Shown here: in pieces, positions 1 through 13,129 of the stretch | Numbering within the stretch: the stretch's first letter is position 1 | Layout of the letters: each line of letters starts with the position of its first letter | NCBI GenBank assembly: GCA_046563655.1 | Contig: CM102290.1 | Location: 8,618,001 to 8,682,000 of the forward strand | Reading direction: 5' to 3' | DNA length: 64,000 nucleotides | Source: Yuukianura sp. NJ FZ-2021 | Taxonomy: Eukaryota | The notes under the pieces: model-generated | The model's database searches: none | What the model saw: the letters and a program-made list of their open reading frames with translations, nothing else | What the model was told of the DNA's origin: nothing | Program-made: the position numbers and the translations under genes

Positions 1-3000
1 ACAGGTTGAAATTGAAACTCCCAACTATGACTAATATGGCAAGATGCTCTTACAAAGTCTAAATGCCACTCTTGATGTTCTGTGACATTTGGCTCATGAT
101 TTGGTCATTACAGAATTCCGAAGGATGTCATTGTCAAATCCAATCCCAATATTTAATTCAGTTGCATTGTTCTTGTTCATCCATTGTATCGGTTAGAGAT
201 GGACTTGGGAAAATAGATTCAGATGCAATTGCAACATTTACTTAATCACTAAAAATCAGGATCAACTATACTTTTTGGACCACGCCACTCACTATATGTT
301 GTAATGTAGCAATGCAACCCTGTCGTTGGAGGTCGATTTAATAGTTAGCATTACAAAGAGAGCTCATCTTCTATAGAAATGCTTCAATTGAAATGACAGA
401 TTGTCCACTTTCATTGTTCTTCGTCAATCCATTTTCAGTTGGTTGTGACAGTGTCATTCTTGTGTCACACAAGTTGACTCCAGAAACTGAGTCGAGGTCG
501 AGAAACTGATACTTTTTTCAATTTTTTGATGTCTCAAAGCTGAAATGAGTTTATGCTTATACAGATTCTAAAACTTTTGTATTTTACTATTTTTGACTTT
601 GGCTTTGGTTTTAAATTGAGTTGAGTTTGGATTATTTTTGGGCGATTTTTTTTTACAAACTTAGAATGCTTACAAAGTGACGCCAACTTTGAGTGAAATT
701 TAGAAAAATTGGGTCTCGTGTTTTCAACTGCAGAAACTCCGAAATTGTCTGGTACCACCACTTGAACAGCTTGAATAAAATTTCAAACTTTTTGCAATTT
801 TCATTTCAAAAATATACGACGCTTTCCTCTGTTAAAATCCATACAATTCTAATCTTTTCAAATGGCTCTACGAAGGGTTTTCTATAGAAATTGACTATTT
901 GAACAAAGTTAACGTAAAGTTATGTTTAGTTTGCATTGTCATTTGTCAACTTTAAAAAAATGGTCCTATTGATTTGTTAGAATGCTTCTTAACTGACACC
1001 ACCTTCAAGTCCATATTGCATCCATGTTACCTTCGTATGCACTATTGGCATCGTGTATACACGAGGACAATGTTCGCCTAAATTCAACATGGGCTTGTCA
1101 AAGTCAACAGCACCGAAACCTACACATAACACACAGCGAAATGAATAAGTCCATTATGAAAGTGACACAAGTCGAGCCATTGGAAATACTTTCCATTATT
1201 TTGCGTTTAACAAAAGGCTCATTTAAACCTTTTATTTTCTGTTCCTATTACGATCTTTTGTTTCTGAGCGTCGTCTATTCATATACGACGTCTTTCTAAA
1301 AATTCAATTCCACCAGCCTCTGAATTTCTATGGACAGGCAATATATGGGCTAGCACAAATACTGCGGAGAGCGGTTGAAACATCCCATTCAAACAAAGGC
1401 GCTATGTTAGTAATTAGCAAATTGCAATTTGCGATTCTGAATTTGCAAATTGGAAGAACTTAAAAGAGCATGAGGCGCTTCGTACCCAGGAAACATTTTT
1501 TGATGACTATCAATTTGTAGTTCATTCAAGATTGAATAAAAGTGTGGCCTTAATTGTTACGTATGTGCTCCTCCGGCAGATGACGACATCGTTATGCATA
1601 ATTTGTCGAACCAAAACAATGCCTTAGGTAACCAACACAAAAAAGTGAAATTCAAAATTTTCCGCTTAAACTTGTATTAAAATTTAAGTTTTGCTAAACT
1701 GGAAGGAGACATAAGGTTAACTTTTCAAGTGCTGGGATTACTTAAGACTAAAGATCCATTGTTTATAATAATTGGATGCGTGTCTCAAAGGATGCAGTTC
1801 AGATTTAAGTGTTTGGGGTTTTGGTGTAGGCTAAATTCCGTTTGTTATTATTTGGATATGCTCCCATTATGAAACAAAGAGTCCCAGTGTGATTCTATTT
1901 ATTGACAAAGGCTTCACTTCCCTTGTGGACTTGGAGTGCCCTCGACTTTACAATACAAAGGGCTTTTGGTCTTAGCTTTGGTCACTTCCTCTTTAATTAG
2001 GTTGACCTTGTGGTTCTCATGCTTCGAATCAACCTATTGACCCTGCTTGTCAAACCCACTTTGATTCTCAATTTATGAGAACCATTTTCCATTACTCAGA
2101 ACTGTCAACTCAACTGACACGTAAATCAATTCAATCGGCTTCAATTTCCTTAAATTTACGCTAGCAGTAGTAGGAGTTACGAACAATTTCAAAATAACTC
2201 CGCTGACTCGACTGAAACATGAGGCAGTTTTTAAAAAAAATTCCTGAAAGATGTACCTTACTTTTGCTGAAAGTTTTCCAGTATAGTGCAATTCGGAAAA
2301 GGTTGGAGAATTTGGATTTTTTTTTAAATTTTAAACACGTAGTAAAGTTTCAAAGTGTCCTAATGACCCAATGTTAATGACCCAAAATCACAAGTACGAG
2401 AATTGAAACTCGAAAAATTCAAGAGCAGAGGAAACGGACAATGCGTTTTTTAGTGTGAAATTGATCAAAATCCGAGATAGGAGTTGGAAATTTTGTGATT
2501 CGAGGGAATATAATCCAAAAACCAAATGTTAATGTAATTGTAGAGTAAACAAGGACTTTTCATGACGTTAATAACTACTTTACTTGTAATAACAATTTCT
2601 CATCCGTCAGCACAATCGAAAATCATTCAAAGAAGGACCAATTCTGAAGATGAAGATGAGCATATTTTGCTAAAGGATAACCGTGAGCAGCGTAATGTTT
2701 TTCATTTTACTAAGTTCTCAATCTTTGAAGGGTAAATTTTTGAAAAAAAAAACTTAAAGAATTAAATTTAAATTAATTTTTATAAATCACTATTTAGTCA
2801 TTTACTATCAAATTATGTAGTATCTTGGTTTGTGTTTTCGCAATTTGAATTTTTGAGTTAACTTGTATTTTTGTTACTGGAATTTAGCATTTTTGTTGCC
2901 TTCTAGAATTTTTCCTTAACAAAATTTTCACTTTCCTCAAACTTTTTCTAACTTCTTTCTAAATTAGAACAAAAATCTGATCAACGGCGTCGGAATCCAA

Positions 3001-5754
3001 CAAAAAGTTGCAAGTCATTGCATAATTGTCATGAGTTTTTAACTTTAAAGAAATTGCCCGAGCGTCTAACCTTCTCGCATTGTTCGTTTGTGTTAGAATG
3101 AATGTTGGAATTGAGACACAGTGACTTAAAACTGTCATCTTTCCATGTCAGTTTCAATTAGTGTTTTTGACATGTCACTTGTTCACTTGGACAGGTGAGA
3201 AATCCCATAAGTGATAATTCCACAACACGGTTGTTAAGGGGCTTAGAAACAGGTTATTGTTGAGCTGCTCATTGTTACTGAATTTGTTACATAACAATGA
3301 ATTAGTCAAAGGATTTTTTTGTGGGCGATTTAAATTAAAATGTATAATTTACAAATCCGACTTTAAGTTAATTCAAATCCCACCAAAAGAAAAATCAGTC
3401 ACCAACACGCTATTAATAAAAATCAAAAATTTTGAAATTCTGCCAAATAAAACTAAAAAGATTTTATACCACAAGATAATTTTCTCCGGTTTTTTGAAAA
3501 ATCCGGATATAACATTACGCTTACCGCTGAGCCCATCCTCAGATTTCGAAAAATTAATCCGCAACGCTTTTTAAAAACTGCACTTCACTGAATGATGAAT
3601 GACTGAAAGATTGGCTGGATTCAAAATTTAAAAAAACTGAACGTTTATTTAAAGAATTCGATTAGGGGTAAATCGGAAGTGACCAAGCGTTACCCTTGTC
3701 AAGATTGAAGTAAGATTGAAATGGAAGGTGACCATGCTCAGTGCTTATATAGTTTTTTGGAGGGGGATTTAAATCTGAGGTGAAGCCTTTTCGAACGCTG
3801 TGTACTGAGAGGGATAGGTGCCAAAAGCCACTTAAGTCCAAGTCCTTCTCAAGCAACAATCAGGATAACTTCAACAATAGAAATCAATTCACACTACGCC
3901 TTGTGACAACATCCAGAAAAAATGAACATTTCCAGGTCCTGTTTGCACTGGAACGGACTTTGTTTTTTCTTTTTAAACAGAGTCACAAAGTTCAGCATTC
4001 TTTCAAAAAAAAAATTAACGAATTTTTTTTTCGATGTGTTTGTTATGATACTGTCCCCAATTTTAGTCCGAGCATAGAAAAATTCCACGATATTTCTTTA
4101 ATTACTCTGCATTTTCAAACTAAAAGTTCTTTTTCAGCGTTTTGTGGTACAGTTATTTTAAAAATTGATCCTAAAACATTTATTGCAATGAAAATTGAAA
4201 GTAATGTAGTAAATCCGAAAGGACAGAAAATGATGATGTCATGGCATGAACAAGTCATCGACCACAGTCTGATTTTTTTTGTAAAAAAAAAATGCTGTGA
4301 TGATGATCTTTAATAACTTTTGGCAGAAGGAGGTGATAAGTGTTTCTTTTACTCAAAAATTGAAATTATTGTTATAATTTATCTTTACGGATGTTACATT
4401 GGTGTTTCCGAGGAAGTATCCAAACCTTATTCCGGGAAATCAATTGACACGATGGAGGCTAGAGGAAGAAGTACCTATTCGGAATCACTTTGATTCTTAA
4501 GTGGCCCTTTGGCCTCTTCCTCACAGGGATAATAATACAGATGGAGGAGGCAGGAATAACGTTAATCATGATCTCTGATCCATCAAATCCAGCCACAATT
4601 ACCTTTTTCCCAATTTAAAGATGCCTTTGACCCTACCTCCTCATTGTTTGAGTCAGAAAATCCATTAAGGCCATGTCACGCCGACACTGACCTTTGTGCA
4701 CTCATTTGGGGTTGATGCACACAAATTGACACTGAATTCTTTTCAAATCATTCACCCTCCATCGATTGACCAAATCAGTTGAATTTAAACTTTGGCAATT
4801 TATGCATCTCTGCGAGTCGTTGGAACAAGAGCCCTTAATTGTATCTCATCAAAATGGGCAAAGGGCTCACTTTTGAGAAATAAGGGCCAAGGAATGTGAC
4901 TTGTGACATTTAGTAACACTTAATTGATACGTATTCAGCTAATCTAAACAACTCTGAAAAGTTTTTATGTGTATTTTCCATTTGTATAAGGGTGTCCTAA
5001 ACAGGGATCCATCAACTTCACATAAATTTCAAAAGTGCCAAAATCTACAATGCTTTTGGCCTGTAAAAAAGCCTGAACTATTTATTACATCACACTTTTC
5101 GGACTATAAAATCCTGTAAATTGCAACACTTTTGGAAAACGATGAGCTACGAGATGTCAACCATAACAATTAGCAGCCACCTCCAAATGATTTACGGGAA
5201 CAACTTTACGTTCTTTAGGTTAACATTCTTTTTATTTTATTTCAGTTTTTGTTACTTCTTGATTCAACATTGAATTTTGTTTTGACCATTTTAGGTAAAA
5301 GGTGTTTGGAAATCCTGGCAGCTAGCATAACCTCTGTAATGAACTTGAGATGTCCTGTCAAAACTAATTTGTATGAAAATTATTGTCAACTAACTGTTGC
5401 TCAAAGTTAGTTTTGTTAGGAAAGGCATCTTCATTTTCAAATTCATCATTTCGGCATAATGAATTATTACGCTTGTAGAAAATGAAAATTTGGACTGAAT
5501 GTGTTAGCTAGAGGTTGCGAGTAGCTGAACATCTATTGTAGTTACTAAAAAAAATTTACATAGCGCTGTCAAAAAAAAAATACATGCCGAAAGGTGAAAT
5601 GGCGTAGGTGAAATTTTTTTTTATTCAAAAACGAATCCAATAATTGATTTGAAATGTGATAGTTCACAGTGTGAGAAATCGCTTTAATCGGTTTTCGACC
5701 AAAAAAATTTTTACAGGTAAAAATTTCTAAAAATTCTACCAAAAACTCCGAAGT

Positions 5755-8362
5755 TCACTCCAGCCTACTTGTGAATTTGAATTGAAGTGGAGCATCAGGA
5801 CGGTTGATCATTCCTTTAGCCACGAGATCCTTTGAGCCCAACCACTCCAATGAGAAAGACCGAATAATCTAAACAATTTAGAGTTAAAAAATACAAATTA
5901 TTAAATAATACACATTAATACAAATACATTAATAGAAAAACTGATGAAATTTTTAAGCAATCATGTAAATTACCCTTGCTGTGATCAGTTGTAACTGTTG
6001 TTCAGCCAATCTGCGTCCAATGCACCCCCTTGGCCCATGTCCAAATGGCAACAAAAGAAATGGATGAATTTGATTCGTCCTTCGGTTTTGCGGTTCCCAA
6101 CGATCCGGCACAAAGTCGTCCGGTTGATCAAAGTACTTGGGAAGGCGACATGTCACTTGGTTCATAGTTACAATGACCGTCTAAAAATCAGAGCAAAATA
6201 ACAGCATTAGTGAGGATTTCAAAAATAGGATGCGCATGCGCGTGACTAAGGACAAATTACGTTTGCAGGGATTTGGTATCCTCGAATGATCATGTCATGT
6301 TGCAGAACTCTTCCGACTCCAATGGAAATTGGATTGAGTCTGAGGGACTCCTTGATGCATCTTTTGAGGTAAACGGCTCCAGTTAGAGTGTCCAGGCCAA
6401 CGTGATCTGATTTTGAAGGGAGCAGGCCCTTCAGCTCTTGGAATAATTTCGATTGGCAATCTGGATTCTTGGCCAAATGATACAGCAGGAAGCTTAGCGT
6501 AAACGAAGTCTGGAAAGTAAGGAAAAATTATGTTAACTGCATTTTATATAAACGAGAGACGAAAGGTGGTTACATAAACAGATCACTAACAAACTACGCT
6601 ACTAATGCTAATAGATTTAACATGAGCAAGTTAAATACAAAGCGATTAGATGATGCAATTCTCTGTTCTTGTAGTGTTACCGAGTATATGTTTACGCAAT
6701 GACAAATTGAGTAAGTTTAAATTCAAAAAATGAAAGTAAAATTGGTAATAAATATTTAATGTGAAAGTTACTGTGTCAATTCCTGCCAAAATCATGTCGG
6801 CACTCATCGTCACGACGTCTTTGATATCCGCACTTTCATCTTCCAACCAAGTACCAACTATACACTTCGGTTTGGGTGAACTCATGTTTTTCAGTTTTTG
6901 AATCAAATGTTGACTTGCTCTGCACATTTTTAAACAAAAATCAGCATAAAAACAAGTTAACAAAGGTTCCAAATTTTTAAAATGTCGAATGTTTGGTTTG
7001 GTTTACTTTTCGATTGTGAGAATATTCGTTTTGATTTTTTTGTAGTACGGAGTATCGATCCATTTCCAAAGTTGCAGTCCAGTGTCCGTCTGGAATGTGG
7101 CGGCATTTACTTCCTCAGCGGCTTTTATCAAAGTGTTTGCCTCAAGGTAGCTGGCTTCCTTGCCACCTTCATTGTTAATTCCAACTCCAAAGAAATTTTC
7201 ACCAACAACTGCAAAAGTGATTCATGAAAACTTAAAAAATTAAGGAAAAAAAAACTACATAAGATCAATCTCCATTAAATTTCTATTGGAGATGAGCTGG
7301 AGAGACGCGTTGGGTTCAATTTTCGACTACTTTGTCTGTCTCCGCCCAGTCAATTTTTCGATGTTTAGAAATTATTGTTATGGACCGATTGAATACTAGT
7401 TTAAAAGTTCATGTTCCCAATTTTGTAGAAGAAAAAATTGGAATAAGTAGGGAGTCAATGATTTGACATGCTCAAGGCCATTTCTCCAGACCAAAAAACT
7501 AAACGTAGAATTATGAAATGGTTTAAACCTGAGGGAATAAGTTCGTTTCGTGTAAAACTTTTGACATGATACTCCACACTTACCATTCTGGACAACTTGT
7601 CTTTGCACGTATCAATCCAATTGATAACCTAAATGTTAACATTAGAAAATCTTACGTTCTAGACCCAGACGCATGAGATGTGGTAAAAAATCTTCGTTGC
7701 GAAGTTGCAGCTTGGTGGTTTCAATTCCATTGCAAAATTTTCTGAGAATTTCATCTGTTTTTGGAATTGAGTTGCGAATATTCTCAAGTGCCAATGCTTG
7801 CTGAAATTGAACCCTCATTCGATACCATTCCTCTCCAGATCTTCAAAATTTTTGAACAAAAAAAAATCAAAATTTTGAACTATAACATTTTGTACCAGAA
7901 AAGTTAGAATTTCCTTACGTTGGCAAGAGGCCAGCTGAATTGTGATCTTGAGCAGTGTCAACCGTTCGTATTTTTTGGAGTGCCGTGTGACTTCTTCTTG
8001 AAGGATACTTGGAGTCATTTCGAAACAGAGTTTCAATATCTTGTGGATCGTAAACAAACAAATAGTGGAGTCCTGGAAGTACTTCTTCTCTAACTAGTGG
8101 ACCATAGAGGTCATACTTGGTACGCCCTGAAACTTGGAGTCGCTCAGGGTCAAATTTTCCTGAAATTGGAAGATGTGAGGTCAAAGATAAAAATTTGAAT
8201 GAAATTTTGCAAGGTCTTACCAAAGGGTGGAATGTAGTTAAAAATACTTCCAAAAACAGGAATGGACTTTGGTCCAGGAATGTCCAAAAATGGCTTGACT
8301 TTGGATTTCAAAGAGGAAGCAGCGATGCTCGTTCCGAGCCTTCTTACAAGTTCAAATCGCAT
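5755..8362 (-). CDS. CYP302A1: Mitochondrial-clan cytochrome P450, ecdysteroid 22-hydroxylase (disembodied)-like; multi-exon
   Basis: Exons give KPFLDIPGP (Pro hinge), YPSRRSHTAL, DMILAGIDT (I-helix), KESLRLNP (ExxR), PDRW and heme motif PFGHGPRGCIGRRLAEQ. Basic N-terminus MRFELVRRLG resembles a mitochondrial presequence. ATG 8362, TGA 5755-5757. Confidence 0.85.
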
Positions 8363-9558
8363 CTTCAAAGTGCCACAACCAAAATTCTCCAAAAAGTGAT
8401 TCTCGAAGCTGACCTTGATAGAAAAGTGAATAAATTGAAATAAATTACAATTCTAAAACGCCAAACCATTTCATACGTTGTCATTTTGCAACAAACCACA
8501 AAATGAAATATTGAGCAACAGTTTTCTGGAGTTTGCCCAATGACGCTAACAAGAAAGAACATTGAACTTTTCGATAAAAAAAATCTCCAAAGATACATAT
8601 TAATTCCGAATCCTTTGTTTTGCAATGGTTTATAAAAATGAAACTTCTTTTTGTAGATTCAATCACATTGTGCAATACACTTAGGATTATTTACTATGCA
8701 AATGGTGCTGCAATAATGCATTTTTTGGGTGTGGTCTTTTGAATCCAAAACTTGCTACGAAAAACAAGTACCAACGCCTCCGTCCATTGAAGTTCATTGT
8801 CAAAAAAGTTGAGACAAAATATAAGTTCATTAGAAATTTCATTTCTCAAATCCAAATATCAGAAATCTCCGAATTGTCGAAATTTCGATTAAAAATAACA
8901 TGTTCTTGCTTATACGGTAAAATCATGCATAAAATCAGAAACCTGAAATTTCTGAGAACCTGGAATCCTCACCTTCCTTCTGAGTACTAACTTCTTAACG
9001 AATTAATTCCCACGCACTCTTCCTATTAACCACAGAAATAAGAAACCAATGTTATTTGTTTTGGTGTGCCTTCGATAGGTTTTGCGTCGATGTCAATTAA
9101 CTACTGCCTCCAGATACACTATTTCAAAGTGGAATTTTCAAGGACAAATCGAATGAAAATATGGAAGAAGCTGCTCACACAAGGTTTTACAAAAGAAGGT
9201 AAAAATTTCTTGCTCCTGGAAATTGTGTTTAACTGAACATGTTTTCTATATTTACTTTCAAAGTACGTGGGATTTACCAACAGGAAAGGAACAATACATC
9301 TTGTGCCCAAATCCACGGGAGAGCATTTCAAATTTCTTAAAAAGTTCACCTTTCGTATTTTCAGTTGGGTTTTATTTGTCAGACAAAAGGAGAAAGAGGG
9401 GCACTTTGCTTTGTTCTACCGATTCAGTAACGTTTTTCAGAAAGAAAAAAGTTTTGTGAAAAAAGAAGTAAAAAATGATTTTAAGGTGTCAGAATTTAGG
9501 TTTTTTGTTATTAATAATTTATTGTGTGACCTCTGACCCTAACGTATCCGAGCACAGG

Positions 9559-12500
9559 ATGCTAAGAATTCTTTCCAGCCGATACTCCAAAACGACCATA
9601 ACAACAACCACGACCGTCAAAATGACATCGACAGCCACTACAAGAAGTAAGTTTGTCATTTCATTTCTCAATGTTCAAATCCATGTGTAAAAAAAGAAGA
9701 TTTCTTTTTTTTGAAAATTTGAATGATTTGAATTTAATTTTGAACTGAATGAATGAGGAATTAGACAAATTCGTTAGCATGCAATTTTTATTAACGTTTT
9801 GGACTGTGGGGCAGAGTTTAGGTTGTGCTGCCAGAGTTGCGAAATATTTTGTTTTGCAAATTTATGAATTGCCAAGCGAGTACTTGATGAAGGCGTTAAG
9901 GGAGGGCGTGACTTTAAATTAATTACTCCAAATTTTAGCAATTTGACCTCAGAGTGACCTCAGGGTCAACTGTGAAATTATGTGAAAAGGAAACAGAAGC
10001 ACTCTGAAAGTCCTTCCCATTGATTAATCTTATGGACTCTATATCTCATTTATTATCCAATTCAATGACTTTGACCTATTGACAGTGAATTCAATCTCCA
10101 CATTAGTCATAGTCAAGTTCCCATGTGAAATGCTTTTAGTAGTAGACTTTAAACAACTACCGTATTTCCTCGCCACTACAAGACGCGTCTTGTCTGAGAA
10201 ATTTCAAAACAAAAGGAGCAAATAAATTTACTTGACTACTTAAGTAAGGAAACCTATGTTTTTTTTTAAAAGTATTTTTGTTAACTTTAACGTTTACTTT
10301 TTCGTCCACTTGGTGTATTTTTTTGAGTGCGTCTTACGCGAGTGGGTCTTAAGCGAGGAAATACGGTAATACTCTGAACCACTTCGCCCACTAACTTTTT
10401 ACTCTTAAGGTCAACTACTACATTCCAAACATATTTTCTCAGGCAACCTGTCACCTAGACAGTCAAAGGTCACCGATGACTCCTCCATCATCCACTTTCC
10501 GTCCTCATCTTCTTCAGAAAATTCGGGGAAAACGGGAGATAAGTGCGTAACGTTCTACGGAAGAATTGGAACATGTCAACCCACACACAACTGCTTCCAG
10601 GAACGACCGTTGTTTCAGACGCAGCTACTCGCCCACTGTGGCTTTGTTGACCGTAAACCACTTATTTGCTGCCCAGGTTAGAGCTGACCTCGAATACTTT
10701 AGTTGTAGTAAAGGTCGATGGACTTGCAACCAAGGTTCCTTGACAACGGAATTGTATTTGCTACAACAGGTTGTCCAATACCTCGGGGTTTGCAAAAATT
10801 TTGCTTCAAATAATCTTTGCCCCAATTTCAATTGCTTTACAAGAAAATAATTACCATAGGAAAAAAGTTTTTCAAAATGAAAAACATCGAGTTATTGGAC
10901 AACCTCGTGTAGAAAAAAAAACATTTTTTTTTGTTTACAAACCTTGCTTACAACTTGTCTATTTTAGAGGAGGCAGTAGTCAACTCAGGGTCAAAACGCC
11001 CCGACAGGCCGAAATTGAACAAGCAGGACGCAGTGACCTCGATCTACTTCCAAGACCCCGTCGAGCCAACTAAAGAACTGTTCGCTGGAAATCCTGCGCC
11101 GGCGCAACCGAAACCTCAAGTTGTACCAACACTGTCAGAAACTGAAGCTGTGCCGACTCAACAGAAAGCGGAGCTCACGCCGACTTATGTCAATACCGGA
11201 AATGAACCAACCAAATCTAAACCTGAATTTCCAAGCCCGACTGAGACTGCGCCAATTTATCAAGGTACAAATCCAAACCCACATTCTAAACCTGAACAGT
11301 CAAAGCCTCCGACGCAGACGCAACCTTTAGGAACAAACTATGAAAAACATACTGGGTCAACCGTAGCCAGTGATTTGAAACCAACAGGATCCACATCCAC
11401 GATATCCAACAACGAAATTCTTAATAACTCTTCTGATTTGCAACAAAGTAAGCACACATTTGAATTCCAAATTATGGTTCGACTAATTTCAATTTAAAAA
11501 AAACACACTTTTTTTTGTCAACCTAATAGCGTGCGGTGTTTACAACAATTTAGAGCGTGGAGATGAGTCTTGGCCTTGGATTGTACGTTAGAATATGAAA
11601 TTTTCAAAAATGTTTCTAGAAGTTAAATATTTAAAAAATAACTTTAAAATTTCAGGTTTCAATTGGACATCGAAGTGAAACCGGCATCGTCCGCTGGCAC
11701 TGTCTTGGATCACTGATAACTCGAGAGCACATTCTTACATCAGGATTGTGTCTCCAAAAGTAACGCCGAAATCTAAAGTTAAACTATTTTCCTTCTTTTT
11801 TAAACTACCTCTGGATCTGCTAAATTCTTTATGTATGCTAACCATTTAAGGGAAGCTAATGTCATTGCACTTGGAGTGCCGCTTTTGGGAACATCAACCA
11901 CAGAAGAAATCATTAACCTTGACCTGGTTTCGATTTCGCAAATCCTGGTTCATGAAAAATTCATTTCACCGTTTCTGTACAAAAACGTTGGTTTGATTCA
12001 AATCAATCCTGTGACGATATCAGAAACTGTACTACCGATTTGTTTTCCGTTTCTGGCTTCGGTTTTAGACATCATACACTTTCAAGGTTACAAGGCCAAG
12101 ACGCTTGGTTTCCAATTCCCAGGTACTAAACAAATTGTGAAAGATTTTTCGAAATTTTATTAAAATATAATTGATTTACTATAGTTGCCAGCAGTAGTCT
12201 GAAATTTGGAGCCGAAGAGTACAGAATCATGGGAAATGAGCAGTGCTCGAGAATATTTGAAAAGAGAAAAGCTGACATTTTGAACTCATTTCCAAGAGGA
12301 CTGGGATCTGACAACGTCTGCGCACTAAAATCAACGCCGACGTCGATTTGTCAAGCTCCAGGAGCTCCACTTGTTCTGTTGGACGAAGCGTCAAGTTCAA
12401 ATGTTATCATAGGTATAGGCTATTCGAAATCCAAAATGTTGGAATTTTTCTAATATTTTTAATCATGGTTTTAATTATAGTTTAAATTGCCATTGTATTT

Positions 12501-12646
12501 GATTTTGGACAGGAATTGCATCTGGTGACCCTACTTGCAGCAAATTCAATCGTCAACTAGTGACCTTTACAAGAATGAATTCTTTCAGTACGTGGGTACG
12601 TGAACGTGTAGCTAAGTTTCCCACTCCACCGCCATGCTATTATTAG
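9559..12646 (+). CDS. Clip-domain serine protease homologue (catalytically dead); 5' end uncertain
   Basis: Clip domain CVTFYGRIGTCQPTHNC...HCGFVDRKPLICCP (~10545-10675), Pro/Thr-rich linker (10968-11445), then trypsin-fold exons (WPWI, HCLGSLITREHILTSGLC, VLPIC, FTRMNSFSTWV). TAG at 12644-12646. Confidence 0.8.
10160..10366. mobile_element. ~207-bp MITE, Tc1/mariner (pogo/Tigger-like)
   Basis: 14-bp perfect TIRs CCGTATTTCCTCGC / GCGAGGAAATACGG, flanked by TA on both sides (10158-59, 10367-68). No ORF. Lies in a probable intron of the clip-SPH gene. Confidence 0.8.
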
Positions 12647-13129
12647 ACACTAACCTTTTAAGCGTCGACTTTATTTTTGGACATAAATTATCACAAATAC
12701 ACAATACGAGTGACTTTTTCTGAAAATAAAAACTTTTTTTTACCTTTTGAATACAACCTAGACATTTTAGTGTGAAAAAGAATTTGAAACTTAGCGCGTT
12801 GTCAGATCCGGAGTTCTATTTAGTCAACAAGCTCCATCTGTCAAACTATTGCAAACATATAACTCGTTTTGCCTTTGTTCCGTGTGCCTGGAGCACAAGA
12901 TAACTGCGCATGGGAACAAAACCTACGCGACCAATCACAATCCTCAATTTCAAGGTCATACGTTTCTAGGTCAAACGGGAGACAATCAGAGGTTAGTTTC
13001 AAGGTTCAAACAAGAAAATAGTTTTTTCTCTAACCTGTTGGAGCTGTAGGAAGGAGGACCTGTTGCTGCTCAACAAAGTTTTCATAATTTCCAATAGTCT
13101 TTTTTTTTAAACGTTCTTCAGAATAGGTA

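Noticed and set aside
4228..4275. C/D-box snoRNA (ATGATGA...CTGA)
   Set aside because: Only ~45 nt between the boxes, no terminal stem and no convincing guide.
4985..5170. Tc1-like terminus (TAAGGGTGTCC...)
   Set aside because: No matching second TIR or TSD found.
1..5700. Short ORFs, including 3780-4313 (177 aa) and an exon-like piece at ~1030-1120 (-)
   Set aside because: Low-complexity F/K-rich translations with no motifs, and no consistent splice chain. Probably intronic, UTR or regulatory DNA.
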